Source of the DNA: Copranaerobaculum intestinale
Lineage (GTDB): Bacteria; Bacillota_I; Bacilli_A; Erysipelotrichales; Erysipelotrichaceae
Assembly: GCF_009831105.1 (NCBI RefSeq)
Contig: NZ_WUUQ01000002.1
Location: forward strand, 510,001 to 542,000
Reading direction: 5' to 3'
Length of the DNA: 32,000 nt
Made by a program: the position numbers and the translations under genes. Positions 9,610 to 16,514 of the stretch are shown here, in pieces (positions within the stretch are counted from its first letter, which is position 1; each line of letters opens with the position of its first letter). The notes beneath the pieces are model-generated. The model was not told the DNA's origin, ran no database searches, and was given only the letters and a program-made list of their open reading frames with translations.

Positions 9610-9610
9610 A

Positions 9611-9632
9611 GTGTCCCGTATGGGACTTTTTT
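9611..9632 (+). terminator. Rho-independent terminator after the Mrp gene
   Basis: GTCCC (9613-9617), loop GTAT, GGGAC (9622-9626), then TTTTTT. Confidence 0.7.
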
Positions 9633-9675
9633 ACTGAGAAGAACCCATATGATATGTATTTTTCATATCTAAAAA

Positions 9676-9703
9676 AAATTACATAATCTACATTATGCGA
9701 AGT
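9676..9703. other. dif-like candidate XerCD recombination site
   Basis: AAATTACATAA-TCTACA-TTATGCGAAGT. The core CATAA-TnTAnA-TTATG is shared with E. coli dif (GGTGCGCATAATGTATATTATGTTAAAT) and is close to B. subtilis dif (ACTTCCTAGAATATATATTATGTAAACT). By my count it matches each at 17 of 28 positions. It lies in non-coding DNA at the switch in gene orientation. Confidence 0.35.
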
Positions 9704-9794
9704 AATGTATCCTAAATTGAATTGATATCAGGAAGAGTATAAAAGTACCCTATATGATTGTATTTATGATTTTGATGCTGAATTATACAAAAGT

Positions 9795-9825
9795 AAAAGA
9801 AAGGAAGATGATATTCCTTTCTTTT
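9795..9825 (-). terminator. Strong hairpin terminator downstream of the secreted-protein gene (T-runs on both strands)
   Basis: AAAAGAAAGGAA (9795-9806), loop GATGATA, TTCCTTTCTTTT (9814-9825). It abuts the stop codon at 9827-9829. Confidence 0.75.
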
Positions 9826-9826
9826 A

Positions 9827-11314
9827 TTACGAGTGAAATACGGATTCTGCGTATGGATAACGATTTTTAAGCTGATCTATTAAAATCGCTTCTTTGGATT
9901 TCCAATTCAACGGGATTTTTTCTTTATACCAAGGCTTGCGAACAGAAAAATAGCGAATTCGTTCTCGGGGATTTTTGATCACTTGAATTTTAACACGTTT
10001 TGAAGCAGTTTCATTTTGTGAATCACGAACCTGATACAAAACTTCATATCCTCCGACTTTGGATGTGTCAACATGACCGCTGTATGTAATTTTCTGATTT
10101 AAATTTCCATCTTCTCGATCTTCTGCAGTTACATCCTCTAAATAGTTAAATGGATCATACTGAAAAATTGTTTTGTCATAGGCATGCAGAATCGGCGGTG
10201 TATTTGCAGGCTTTGTAACCGTAACCGTCATGGTCTTGGAATCTGTCGCACCATATTTATCTGTAACTGTAAAGAGAATTGGATAAGTTCCATCCTTATT
10301 AGCTATTTCTCCGCTCTTTATGATTTTGCTTGTCAGATCCCCCTCCTCTTGATCATAGGCACTCACATAGCGCATTGGATCAAATGTTTCAACATCTTTT
10401 TCTTCAATGATGGGATGCTGATGAATGGTGATGATCGGCGGATGATTTCGAATCGCAGTTTCTATCGTCAAGGCTTTCCCGCTGTATTCGACAAAGGAGC
10501 TGGGAATCCATGCCGGAGCGATTGTCCTACCTTCCCGTACCACTCTGCGATTTCGTTCACATCCGGCTTCCTGTACGGCTAAACGGTAGTAGGTCGTATT
10601 TGCTACTCTGCGATTTTCAAATATATTTAGATATTTTGTATTATTTTCAAAAAAGAGCTGGTTTCCATATCCATAGGAACATACATTTTTTGTATAGTAG
10701 TATTTGCTTTTGTCACCCGGCAATGGTCTAACAAAAGTACCATAATAGCTTACCCGAAGCTGTGTAGCGGACAAGGCAGATATCGCCCGATATTCAAACT
10801 CCTGATTTCTATGCACAAAGGGAGCTGCGGTCGGAAAATACAGTGGTATCTGTTCTCGACGATTGATTTGTTTGGCATAGAATTCCAGAGATACCTGATA
10901 TGACCGGTTCATATCCAATTCACGATACGGAATGATAGCTTTGAATCCGACATTTTTATAGTCATAATAACAGTAATCAGAAGAAACTCGGTATTCATTG
11001 TTTCCGCAGCGCCGAACTCCCTGCACCCGCATAAGCTCGGTTTGATCGATTGAAGTAAAGGATGCTTCGATCCGCTTGCGCTGCATACCATCCTCCAGAA
11101 TTAAAGCAAAGGAGTGTGTACCGGAACCGGAATAATGCTGACTGTCAGCGATAAATCCCCATCCGGTAATTTCAAAACCAGTTGTACCGGCCTGGATTTG
11201 CATGACTTCATAAGGCATTTCCGTTTTTGTAATCGCTTTAACATTCACACCATATAAAAATATGGTGAAAAAACTGCATAAAAACATCATGATAAACTTC
11301 AAAATAAGCTTCAT
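9827..11314 (-). CDS. Secreted hypothetical protein: signal peptide, ~260-aa domain I do not recognise, two tandem Ig-like (DUF5011-type) repeats, basic C-terminal tail
   Basis: N-terminus MKLILKFIMMFLCSFFTIFLYGVNVKA is signal-peptide-like. Residues ~291-368 and ~372-447 repeat the pattern PPI..(x)..DP..Y..A.D.E(D/E)G(D/N)L..KI..SG.....G.Y..L..V.D......K...(V/I).V. Strong RBS AGGGGAGGGG. I saw no LPXTG or other anchor. Confidence 0.75.
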   Translation of the reverse strand: MKLILKFIMMFLCSFFTIFLYGVNVKAITKTEMPYEVMQIQAGTTGFEITGWGFIADSQHYSGSGTHSFALILEDGMQRKRIEASFTSIDQTELMRVQGVRRCGNNEYRVSSDYCYYDYKNVGFKAIIPYRELDMNRSYQVSLEFYAKQINRREQIPLYFPTAAPFVHRNQEFEYRAISALSATQLRVSYYGTFVRPLPGDKSKYYYTKNVCSYGYGNQLFFENNTKYLNIFENRRVANTTYYRLAVQEAGCERNRRVVREGRTIAPAWIPSSFVEYSGKALTIETAIRNHPPIITIHQHPIIEEKDVETFDPMRYVSAYDQEEGDLTSKIIKSGEIANKDGTYPILFTVTDKYGATDSKTMTVTVTKPANTPPILHAYDKTIFQYDPFNYLEDVTAEDREDGNLNQKITYSGHVDTSKVGGYEVLYQVRDSQNETASKRVKIQVIKNPRERIRYFSVRKPWYKEKIPLNWKSKEAILIDQLKNRYPYAESVFHS

Positions 11315-11363
11315 GATATCCCCTCCCCTTGTCTATACGATTCAGGAAGAATGATTCCTTATA

Positions 11364-11807
11364 TTAATCCAGCTTCGACAATATTTCTTTTAATGTGGCT
11401 GCCGCATCATTCAAACGATCAATTTCCTGTGATGTGAGCTGATCATCCAAATATGTTAAAAAATCATGATTCTTTTTATAATAGTTATTCAAGTATATAC
11501 AAGCATCTGAAGTTAACCGGATCCAAATGATCCGTCGATCGGACGCATCTTGTCTGCGTTCAATAAAATGGTGCTCATACAGCCGATCAATGAGTTTTGT
11601 GACCTGCTGCTTCGGAACCTTCAGTGTTCCGGCCAACTGACTCATCGTCATTTCCCGATGGTGTTTGATCGTTTCCAGACAATAATACGTTTCAAGACTC
11701 ATTTCCTTATGCAACGATTCCTTAAAGGGTCTAACCAGCTTGGCATTCCAGGCAGGAAATACCTGCAATAGATTTTGAATGAGCGCTTCAGTTGATTTAT
11801 CAGACAT
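11364..11807 (-). CDS. MarR-family transcriptional regulator
   Basis: 147 aa. Winged-HTH region MTMSQLAGTLKVPKQQVTKLIDRLYEHHFIERRQDASDRRIIWIRLT. It lies 49 nt upstream of, and is probably co-transcribed with, the secreted-protein gene. Confidence 0.88.
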   Translation of the reverse strand: MSDKSTEALIQNLLQVFPAWNAKLVRPFKESLHKEMSLETYYCLETIKHHREMTMSQLAGTLKVPKQQVTKLIDRLYEHHFIERRQDASDRRIIWIRLTSDACIYLNNYYKKNHDFLTYLDDQLTSQEIDRLNDAAATLKEILSKLD

Positions 11808-11839
11808 TAAATCATACCTTCTTTCTTCCTATAAGCTGC

Positions 11840-11868
11840 TTGACAGGATACTTGAATCGTGATATCCT
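11840..11868. promoter_or_regulatory. Divergent promoter/operator: TTGACA-N17-TATCCT overlapping the inverted repeat AGGATA-N12-TATCCT
   Basis: Plus strand: TTGACA (11840-11845) and TATCCT (11863-11868). AGGATA (11845-11850) is the exact inverted repeat of TATCCT. On the minus strand the same repeat gives TTAAAA-N18-TATCCT, pointing at the MarR gene. Confidence 0.4.
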
Positions 11869-11975
11869 TTTTAATTAGTAAATAAAATATGACTATCATA
11901 AAATATTAACTTGTGATCAAATTATACAATATTATGATACATGAATCAAATAAATGTAGAGAGGAGATTTGCAAT

Positions 11976-13706
11976 TTGAAGAAAAAGATAGCAGATATAA
12001 AGATTTCCATACAAAATAAGTTTCAGTTCAGCACGCTTAGCTTTTTGTTCATTATACTTTATGTAAATATCTTTCAACTGATATTTGGGAAAGAAAACTC
12101 TATTGTCGGAGTGATTTTCACGATCATGATGTCTGCCTCGATGGTACGTGACCTGACCGGAGCGATGCTGCGTCACTTTTTCATTCAGACTGTGGTGCTT
12201 GTTTGGATGGCAATTTCTGCCTATCTGGTAACGACGCTTCCCGCTGTGCTATCCGTATTTATCAATTTCCTGACACTGGCTGTCATTTTATATGCCTATA
12301 CATATGAGTATGCCCAGCACATTTATTTTCCCTATATCCTTTCATATCTGTTCTTGATTTTTCTAGGACCGATCAAATTGGTTCAACTACCGACAAGATT
12401 GCTGGCGATGCTGGCGGGTGCGGTATCCATTCTATTGTATCAGTGGATCATGGGAAGAAACCGCATCATAGAAACCGCACGTGATATCCTGTCTAAGATG
12501 ATTGATGAAATTCAAAATCAAATCATTAAACAGCTACTGAATGGAACTGTGAATGATGTTGATGCGGTGAATGATAATCTGCATAAAGAGCTCAGTCAGC
12601 TCATCGCCGCAGTATACGATCGCCGAAAAAAAGCTCTGTGTATATCAGAAGCCAGCTTCTCAATGATTGATGTTGGCCGTGGTTTGGAAAGCTTATCACT
12701 GTCAATTCAGGAATATATAAAAGAGAATCCGGAAAATGAATTGGAGATCCTACAGAAATTAAATTTACAGCTTCAAGATTTTCAGCGTTACATACATCAG
12801 GAAACTGTGGAGCTTCCGGAAACAGAGGATTTGCAATGGCAAGGAGCTTCGGCTATTTTGAAACATCAGCTTCTGTATATCAGTAACCGTTTGAAACGCA
12901 TGAGTGATCCTAAGCACAAAATTCATTATCGTAAAACTGCTATGACCCTGCGTACGCAGCTTCAAATCGCTCTGAATTACAGTCCGGTAAGAATTGTTTA
13001 TGCTCTGCGCACAGCATGTCTTTTGGCACTTGCCGTACAAGCTGTCCAAGCGTTACATCTGACTTATGGAAAGTGGCTGTTATTTACCCTTGCTTCACTA
13101 TCCCTTCCCTATGCAGATGATATTCCAGCTAAAATAAAAAAACGCTTATGTGCAACCTTGATCGGCGGATTTATCAGTCTGTTGATCTATGCCGCAATTC
13201 CCTCAATCATGGGAAGAACTGTCGCTATGATGCTCTCTGGTTATCTATCTTTTTATTTCACGGACTATCGCGATACGTTCATCTGTTCAACGATCGGTGC
13301 TTTAGGTGGGACGGTGTTATTAAATGTTTACGGTGTTGTATCGGTTGGTTATTTTGTTTTAATAAGACTTGGTTATATCCTTATGGGAATTATGATCGCT
13401 TTTATCGTGAACTGTATAATCTCACCATATACACGCAAGCAGGCCACGTATCAATTATGGAAGAAATATCATCAGGTAGTGGAACAGCTGAAATATTCCT
13501 GCACCCGTTCGCAAGTGGATGCGCAACTGTATTACAGTCTGGTAATTCAGGCCTTTATGCTGGAGACGAAGCTAAAGGAAAATACCACAAAAGCAGACTG
13601 GGCGCGAAGTCAGGAATTCCTTCGTGAATGTCAGTATACGATTCGGCATGCACATCGTCGTTTCATTAAGGGAAATCATAATTTTCTGAATTATGAAATA
13701 TCCTAA
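11976..13706 (+). CDS. FUSC/ArAE-type (fusaric-acid-resistance / aromatic acid exporter-like) integral membrane protein
   Basis: Two hydrophobic multi-helix blocks (about aa 40-185 and 345-510 of ORF 11913) are each followed by a soluble helical region, as in the FUSC/YccS topology. The gene is divergent from MarR. Start proposed at TTG 11976, 8 nt after AGAGGAG (11959-11965). In-frame alternatives are ATG 11934 and GTG 11913. Confidence 0.7.
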   Translation: MKKKIADIKISIQNKFQFSTLSFLFIILYVNIFQLIFGKENSIVGVIFTIMMSASMVRDLTGAMLRHFFIQTVVLVWMAISAYLVTTLPAVLSVFINFLTLAVILYAYTYEYAQHIYFPYILSYLFLIFLGPIKLVQLPTRLLAMLAGAVSILLYQWIMGRNRIIETARDILSKMIDEIQNQIIKQLLNGTVNDVDAVNDNLHKELSQLIAAVYDRRKKALCISEASFSMIDVGRGLESLSLSIQEYIKENPENELEILQKLNLQLQDFQRYIHQETVELPETEDLQWQGASAILKHQLLYISNRLKRMSDPKHKIHYRKTAMTLRTQLQIALNYSPVRIVYALRTACLLALAVQAVQALHLTYGKWLLFTLASLSLPYADDIPAKIKKRLCATLIGGFISLLIYAAIPSIMGRTVAMMLSGYLSFYFTDYRDTFICSTIGALGGTVLLNVYGVVSVGYFVLIRLGYILMGIMIAFIVNCIISPYTRKQATYQLWKKYHQVVEQLKYSCTRSQVDAQLYYSLVIQAFMLETKLKENTTKADWARSQEFLRECQYTIRHAHRRFIKGNHNFLNYEIS

Positions 13707-13711
13707 AAAAG

Positions 13712-13739
13712 AAAAAGACTTCCTGCGGGATGTCTTTTT
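13712..13739. terminator. Bidirectional terminator between the FUSC-type gene and dapB
   Basis: AAAAAGAC (13712-13719) pairs with GTCTTTTT (13732-13739), with an inner TCC/GGA pair. A and T runs flank both sides. Confidence 0.6.
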
Positions 13740-13744
13740 CATTC

Positions 13745-14377
13745 TCATTCGTATTCAATAAAGCTGTGCATCTGCGGGATGGTTTCAATACATTCCTCAA
13801 GCTGTATCATATAAGCGCTCGGTTTCTTGACAATATGCTCGATAATAACTTGTTCATTCTCATTATCAAGAATAATCCGGTGCTTCACCTGTTTATTATC
13901 ACGGCGGATAGAAATGATCGGTAGCTTAGGATGCTTCATGATCCGCTTAAGGCTCAAACTTGTGCCGCTTGGATAATCAACCTTGGAAATATGGTGGCTT
14001 TCGATAATTTTGATATCCTTGAAGTATTTCGACAGTTCATTGATGTTTCGCTTGATCCACAGCATTCCGATTGAGAAATTGCTTGCCAGCATGCATCCGG
14101 TTTCCATTTTCAAAGATATCAGACGCAGCAGCTGTTTTTGATGATCGCTGAAGCCGGTGGTCCCGATGATGATCGGAATCCGATGTGTAAGCGCCAAAAC
14201 CGCATGCTCAAAAGCTGGTTTTGCCCTGGTAAAGTCAACGACCATGTCCACTTCTTCAATCACATCTGCCAGCCGCTGTCCCTGTGCATGTATTTTTATC
14301 AGCTCATGCTGTTCAGAAAAGTGCGCGATAAACGCTTTACCCATTTTACCTGTGCTGCCACAGATTGCAATTTTCAT
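13745..14377 (-). CDS. dapB: 4-hydroxy-tetrahydrodipicolinate reductase, short form (210 aa)
   Basis: Rossmann N-terminus KIAICGSTGKMG, then GTTGF, ASNFSIG, and the catalytic segment IIESHHISKVDYPSGTS (compare the B. subtilis motif ELHHxxKxDAPSGTA). Confidence 0.8.
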   Translation of the reverse strand: MKIAICGSTGKMGKAFIAHFSEQHELIKIHAQGQRLADVIEEVDMVVDFTRAKPAFEHAVLALTHRIPIIIGTTGFSDHQKQLLRLISLKMETGCMLASNFSIGMLWIKRNINELSKYFKDIKIIESHHISKVDYPSGTSLSLKRIMKHPKLPIISIRRDNKQVKHRIILDNENEQVIIEHIVKKPSAYMIQLEECIETIPQMHSFIEYE

Positions 14378-14416
14378 ACTATCACCAGTATAGTATATGC
14401 AGCTGTCACAAATCAG

Positions 14417-14448
14417 CGAAAAAAAGAAGCGAAATTTTTCCGCTTCTT
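14417..14448 (-). terminator. Rho-independent terminator after hup
   Basis: Minus strand: AAGAAGCG (14448-14441), 9-nt loop, CGCTTCTT (14431-14424), then TTTTTTT. Confidence 0.75.
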
Positions 14449-14459
14449 ATTATGAATAT

Positions 14460-14744
14460 TTATTTTACAGCATCTTTTAATGCTTTGGCTGGCTTGAATC
14501 CCGGAGCTTTAGAAGCCGCAATCGTAATTTTTTCTTTTGTGGCAGGATTGATTCCCTGGCGTTCTGGACGCTGTTTTACTTCGAATTTTCCAAAACCGGA
14601 AATATCGACTTTTCCGCCATCGTGCAGAGTTGCCGTGATTTCTTCAAATACTGTATCGACTGCAATAGTTGCATCTTTCTTAGTAGTTCCTAATTTTTCT
14701 GCCAATGCTTCTGCTAAAGCTTTTCTATTCAAGATTTCATTCAT
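14460..14744 (-). CDS. hup: DNA-binding protein HU
   Basis: 94 aa. HU/IHF signature GFGKFEVKQRPERQGINPATKEKITI. Its position next to spoIVA matches B. subtilis hbs. Confidence 0.95.
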   Translation of the reverse strand: MNEILNRKALAEALAEKLGTTKKDATIAVDTVFEEITATLHDGGKVDISGFGKFEVKQRPERQGINPATKEKITIAASKAPGFKPAKALKDAVK

Positions 14745-14769
14745 GTTAAATTACCTCCAACTTACCTAT

Positions 14770-14798
14770 ATCATAACATCGGGGAATCCATTTTTCAA
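14770..14798 (-). promoter_or_regulatory. Sigma-A promoter of hup with extended -10
   Basis: Minus strand: TTGAAA (14798-14793), 17 nt, then TGtTATGAT (-10 at 14775-14770). Confidence 0.6.
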
Positions 14799-14863
14799 GC
14801 TTTTATAGAGTTGGATGAAAGTTTTATTCTTTTATAAATAAAAGCTTCTATTATTTAACAATC

Positions 14864-16342
14864 TTATAAAACGATTGCTATTACATTGCCTTTTCCTTTA
14901 TTCACCAATTTTGTTAAGATATCCTGCAGACGAACTCTGGCTGCTTCAGGAATCATTGATAACTTTGCATTGAGACCATCACGAATCAGATCAGAAAGCT
15001 TGCGGCCAAAGATATCAGAATCCCAAATACTTTGATCATCCACACCAGCGTCACGCAGCAGATAATTGATGAGCTCCTCACTCTGCTCCTTACTGCCGAT
15101 GATCGGTTCAAATGAGCTTTCTACGTCTACTTTGATCATGTGGATGCTTGGAGCGACAGCTTTCAGCTTGACCCCATATCGGCTTCCCTGCTTGATAACC
15201 TCAGGCTTTGAGAGCTGAATATCGTGAAGAGATGCGGAAGCAAAACCATAACCGGTTTGTTTTACCATCTGCAAAGCACTGGAAATAGCATCATATTCAC
15301 GCTTTGCTTTAGCAAAATCCTGCATCAAAGCGATCATCTGCGCTTTATCCTTGATTTCCATACCGATGATTTCTTTTAGAATTTCATTGTAAAGACCCGG
15401 TTTTACCGTGATATCCACATTCACCACCCCGGCACCGGTATCAATGGTGGCGATATTGCTGGATTCGATATATTCATTTTGATCCAGTACTTCTGTAATG
15501 TTTTCAACTTCACGCAGACGGTCGACTGTAGACATGCTTTCCTGAATCGTTTCATTAAAACTCTTTTTCAGCCAGTGCTCATCATTGAGAACTGCGATCC
15601 ATTCCGGCATATTGATATTAATCTCCGATACCGGAAATTCATAAAGCGCTTCCCGCAGGATACTGTGCAGATCTTCCTCACTCATGTTGTTGACAGCAAT
15701 TGCTAACACCGGAACCTCATATTTATCTTTCAGCTTATCTACCACTGCCTGACAGGAAGTACTGCCGACATGTGCGGTATTGACAATGACGATAAACGGT
15801 TTACCGATTTCTTTCAATTCATCGATTACTTCTGCTTCAGCTTCAATATAGGCTTCTCTTGGCAGATCGGTGATGCTTCCATCGGTCGTCATGACAATGC
15901 CGATCGTAGAATGATCCTGTATGACCTTCTGGGTGCCGGTTTTAGCCGCCTCATTGAAGGGTATCGGATCATCGAACCACGGTGTACGCACCATACGCAT
16001 ACCATTTTCATCCTTATATCCTTTTGCTTCCGGTATAACATAACCAACACAGTCAACCAATCTGACATTTACAGTAAAACCATCCTCAAAATTGATTTGT
16101 GCGGCATTATTCGGCACAAATTTCGGCTCTGTTGTCATAATCGTTTTCCCTACGCCTGCCTGCGGCAGTTCATCGGTCATACGGGAACGTTCATATTCAT
16201 CTTCAACATATGGAATGACGGCTTTCTCCATAAAATTCTTAATAAAGGTAGATTTACCAACTCGTACGGGACCCACAATCCCTAAGTATATATCTCCACC
16301 AGTCCGTTGTGCTATATTTTTTAAAATCTCTGTGGTATTCAT
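14864..16342 (-). CDS. spoIVA: Stage IV sporulation protein A (spore coat morphogenetic ATPase)
   Basis: 492 aa, the same length as B. subtilis SpoIVA. Walker A GPVRVGKST. Start set at ATG 16342, 7 nt after GGGAGGA (16356-16350). The ORF-track start at 16369 is a TTG extension. Confidence 0.95.
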   Translation of the reverse strand: MNTTEILKNIAQRTGGDIYLGIVGPVRVGKSTFIKNFMEKAVIPYVEDEYERSRMTDELPQAGVGKTIMTTEPKFVPNNAAQINFEDGFTVNVRLVDCVGYVIPEAKGYKDENGMRMVRTPWFDDPIPFNEAAKTGTQKVIQDHSTIGIVMTTDGSITDLPREAYIEAEAEVIDELKEIGKPFIVIVNTAHVGSTSCQAVVDKLKDKYEVPVLAIAVNNMSEEDLHSILREALYEFPVSEININMPEWIAVLNDEHWLKKSFNETIQESMSTVDRLREVENITEVLDQNEYIESSNIATIDTGAGVVNVDITVKPGLYNEILKEIIGMEIKDKAQMIALMQDFAKAKREYDAISSALQMVKQTGYGFASASLHDIQLSKPEVIKQGSRYGVKLKAVAPSIHMIKVDVESSFEPIIGSKEQSEELINYLLRDAGVDDQSIWDSDIFGRKLSDLIRDGLNAKLSMIPEAARVRLQDILTKLVNKGKGNVIAIVL

Positions 16343-16367
16343 ATGAAATCCTCCCTTAGTCACTTTC

Positions 16368-16396
16368 AATGTATGTGATTTTCTTAGGGATTATGC
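16368..16396 (-). promoter_or_regulatory. Candidate sigma-E promoter of spoIVA
   Basis: Minus strand: GCATAAT (16396-16390), 14 nt, then CATACATT (16375-16368). This matches the B. subtilis sigma-E consensus (kmATAtt-N14-CATACAhT) in both elements. spoIVA is sigma-E dependent in B. subtilis. Confidence 0.45.
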
Positions 16397-16479
16397 CTAA
16401 AGGCTGAAATTTACCATGGTCTTTTGTAATGAGAATCATGTGGTGTACCGATTTTCTGTGAAAATGGTGATAAGTAAAC

Positions 16480-16514
16480 AGAAAAATAAAAAATCGGCAG
16501 ATATTTCACCGATT
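16480..16514 (-). terminator. Rho-independent terminator of the diguanylate cyclase gene (stop codon in the loop)
   Basis: Minus strand: AATCGG (16514-16509), 11-nt loop containing the TGA stop, CCGATT (16497-16492), then TTTTATTTTTC. Confidence 0.55.

Noticed and set aside
9689-9709. Hairpin TACATTA-TGCGAAG-TAATGTA in the 9.6-9.8 kb spacer, considered as a possible terminator or sRNA stem.
   Set aside because: It is only a 7-bp all-AT/one-GC stem with no T-run. It overlaps the right arm of the dif-like 28-mer, which is the more economical explanation for the local symmetry.
9754-9870. 38-codon ORF (MIVFMILMLNYTKVKERKMIFLSF...) in the spacer.
   Set aside because: It has no Shine-Dalgarno at a usable distance. 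It runs through the 12-bp terminator hairpin and into the antisense of the secreted-protein gene, so it is most likely a chance ORF in AT-rich DNA.
14387-14397. The identical 11-mer TATACTATACT (coding-strand sense) lies upstream of both dapB (14387-14397) and comGA (29509-19).
   Set aside because: A shared AT-rich 11-mer between two short intergenic regions is within chance expectation for a window of this size and composition. Both copies are adequately explained as overlapping -10-like TATACT hexamers. I kept it only as part of the comG promoter finding.
14797-14847. A 10-bp inverted repeat AAGCTTTTAT / ATAAAAGCTT between spoIVA and hup, considered as a possible spoIVA terminator.
   Set aside because: The loop is 31 nt, the stem is AT-rich, no T-run follows on the relevant strand, and one arm overlaps the hup -35 element. 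The evidence is too weak to call a terminator.
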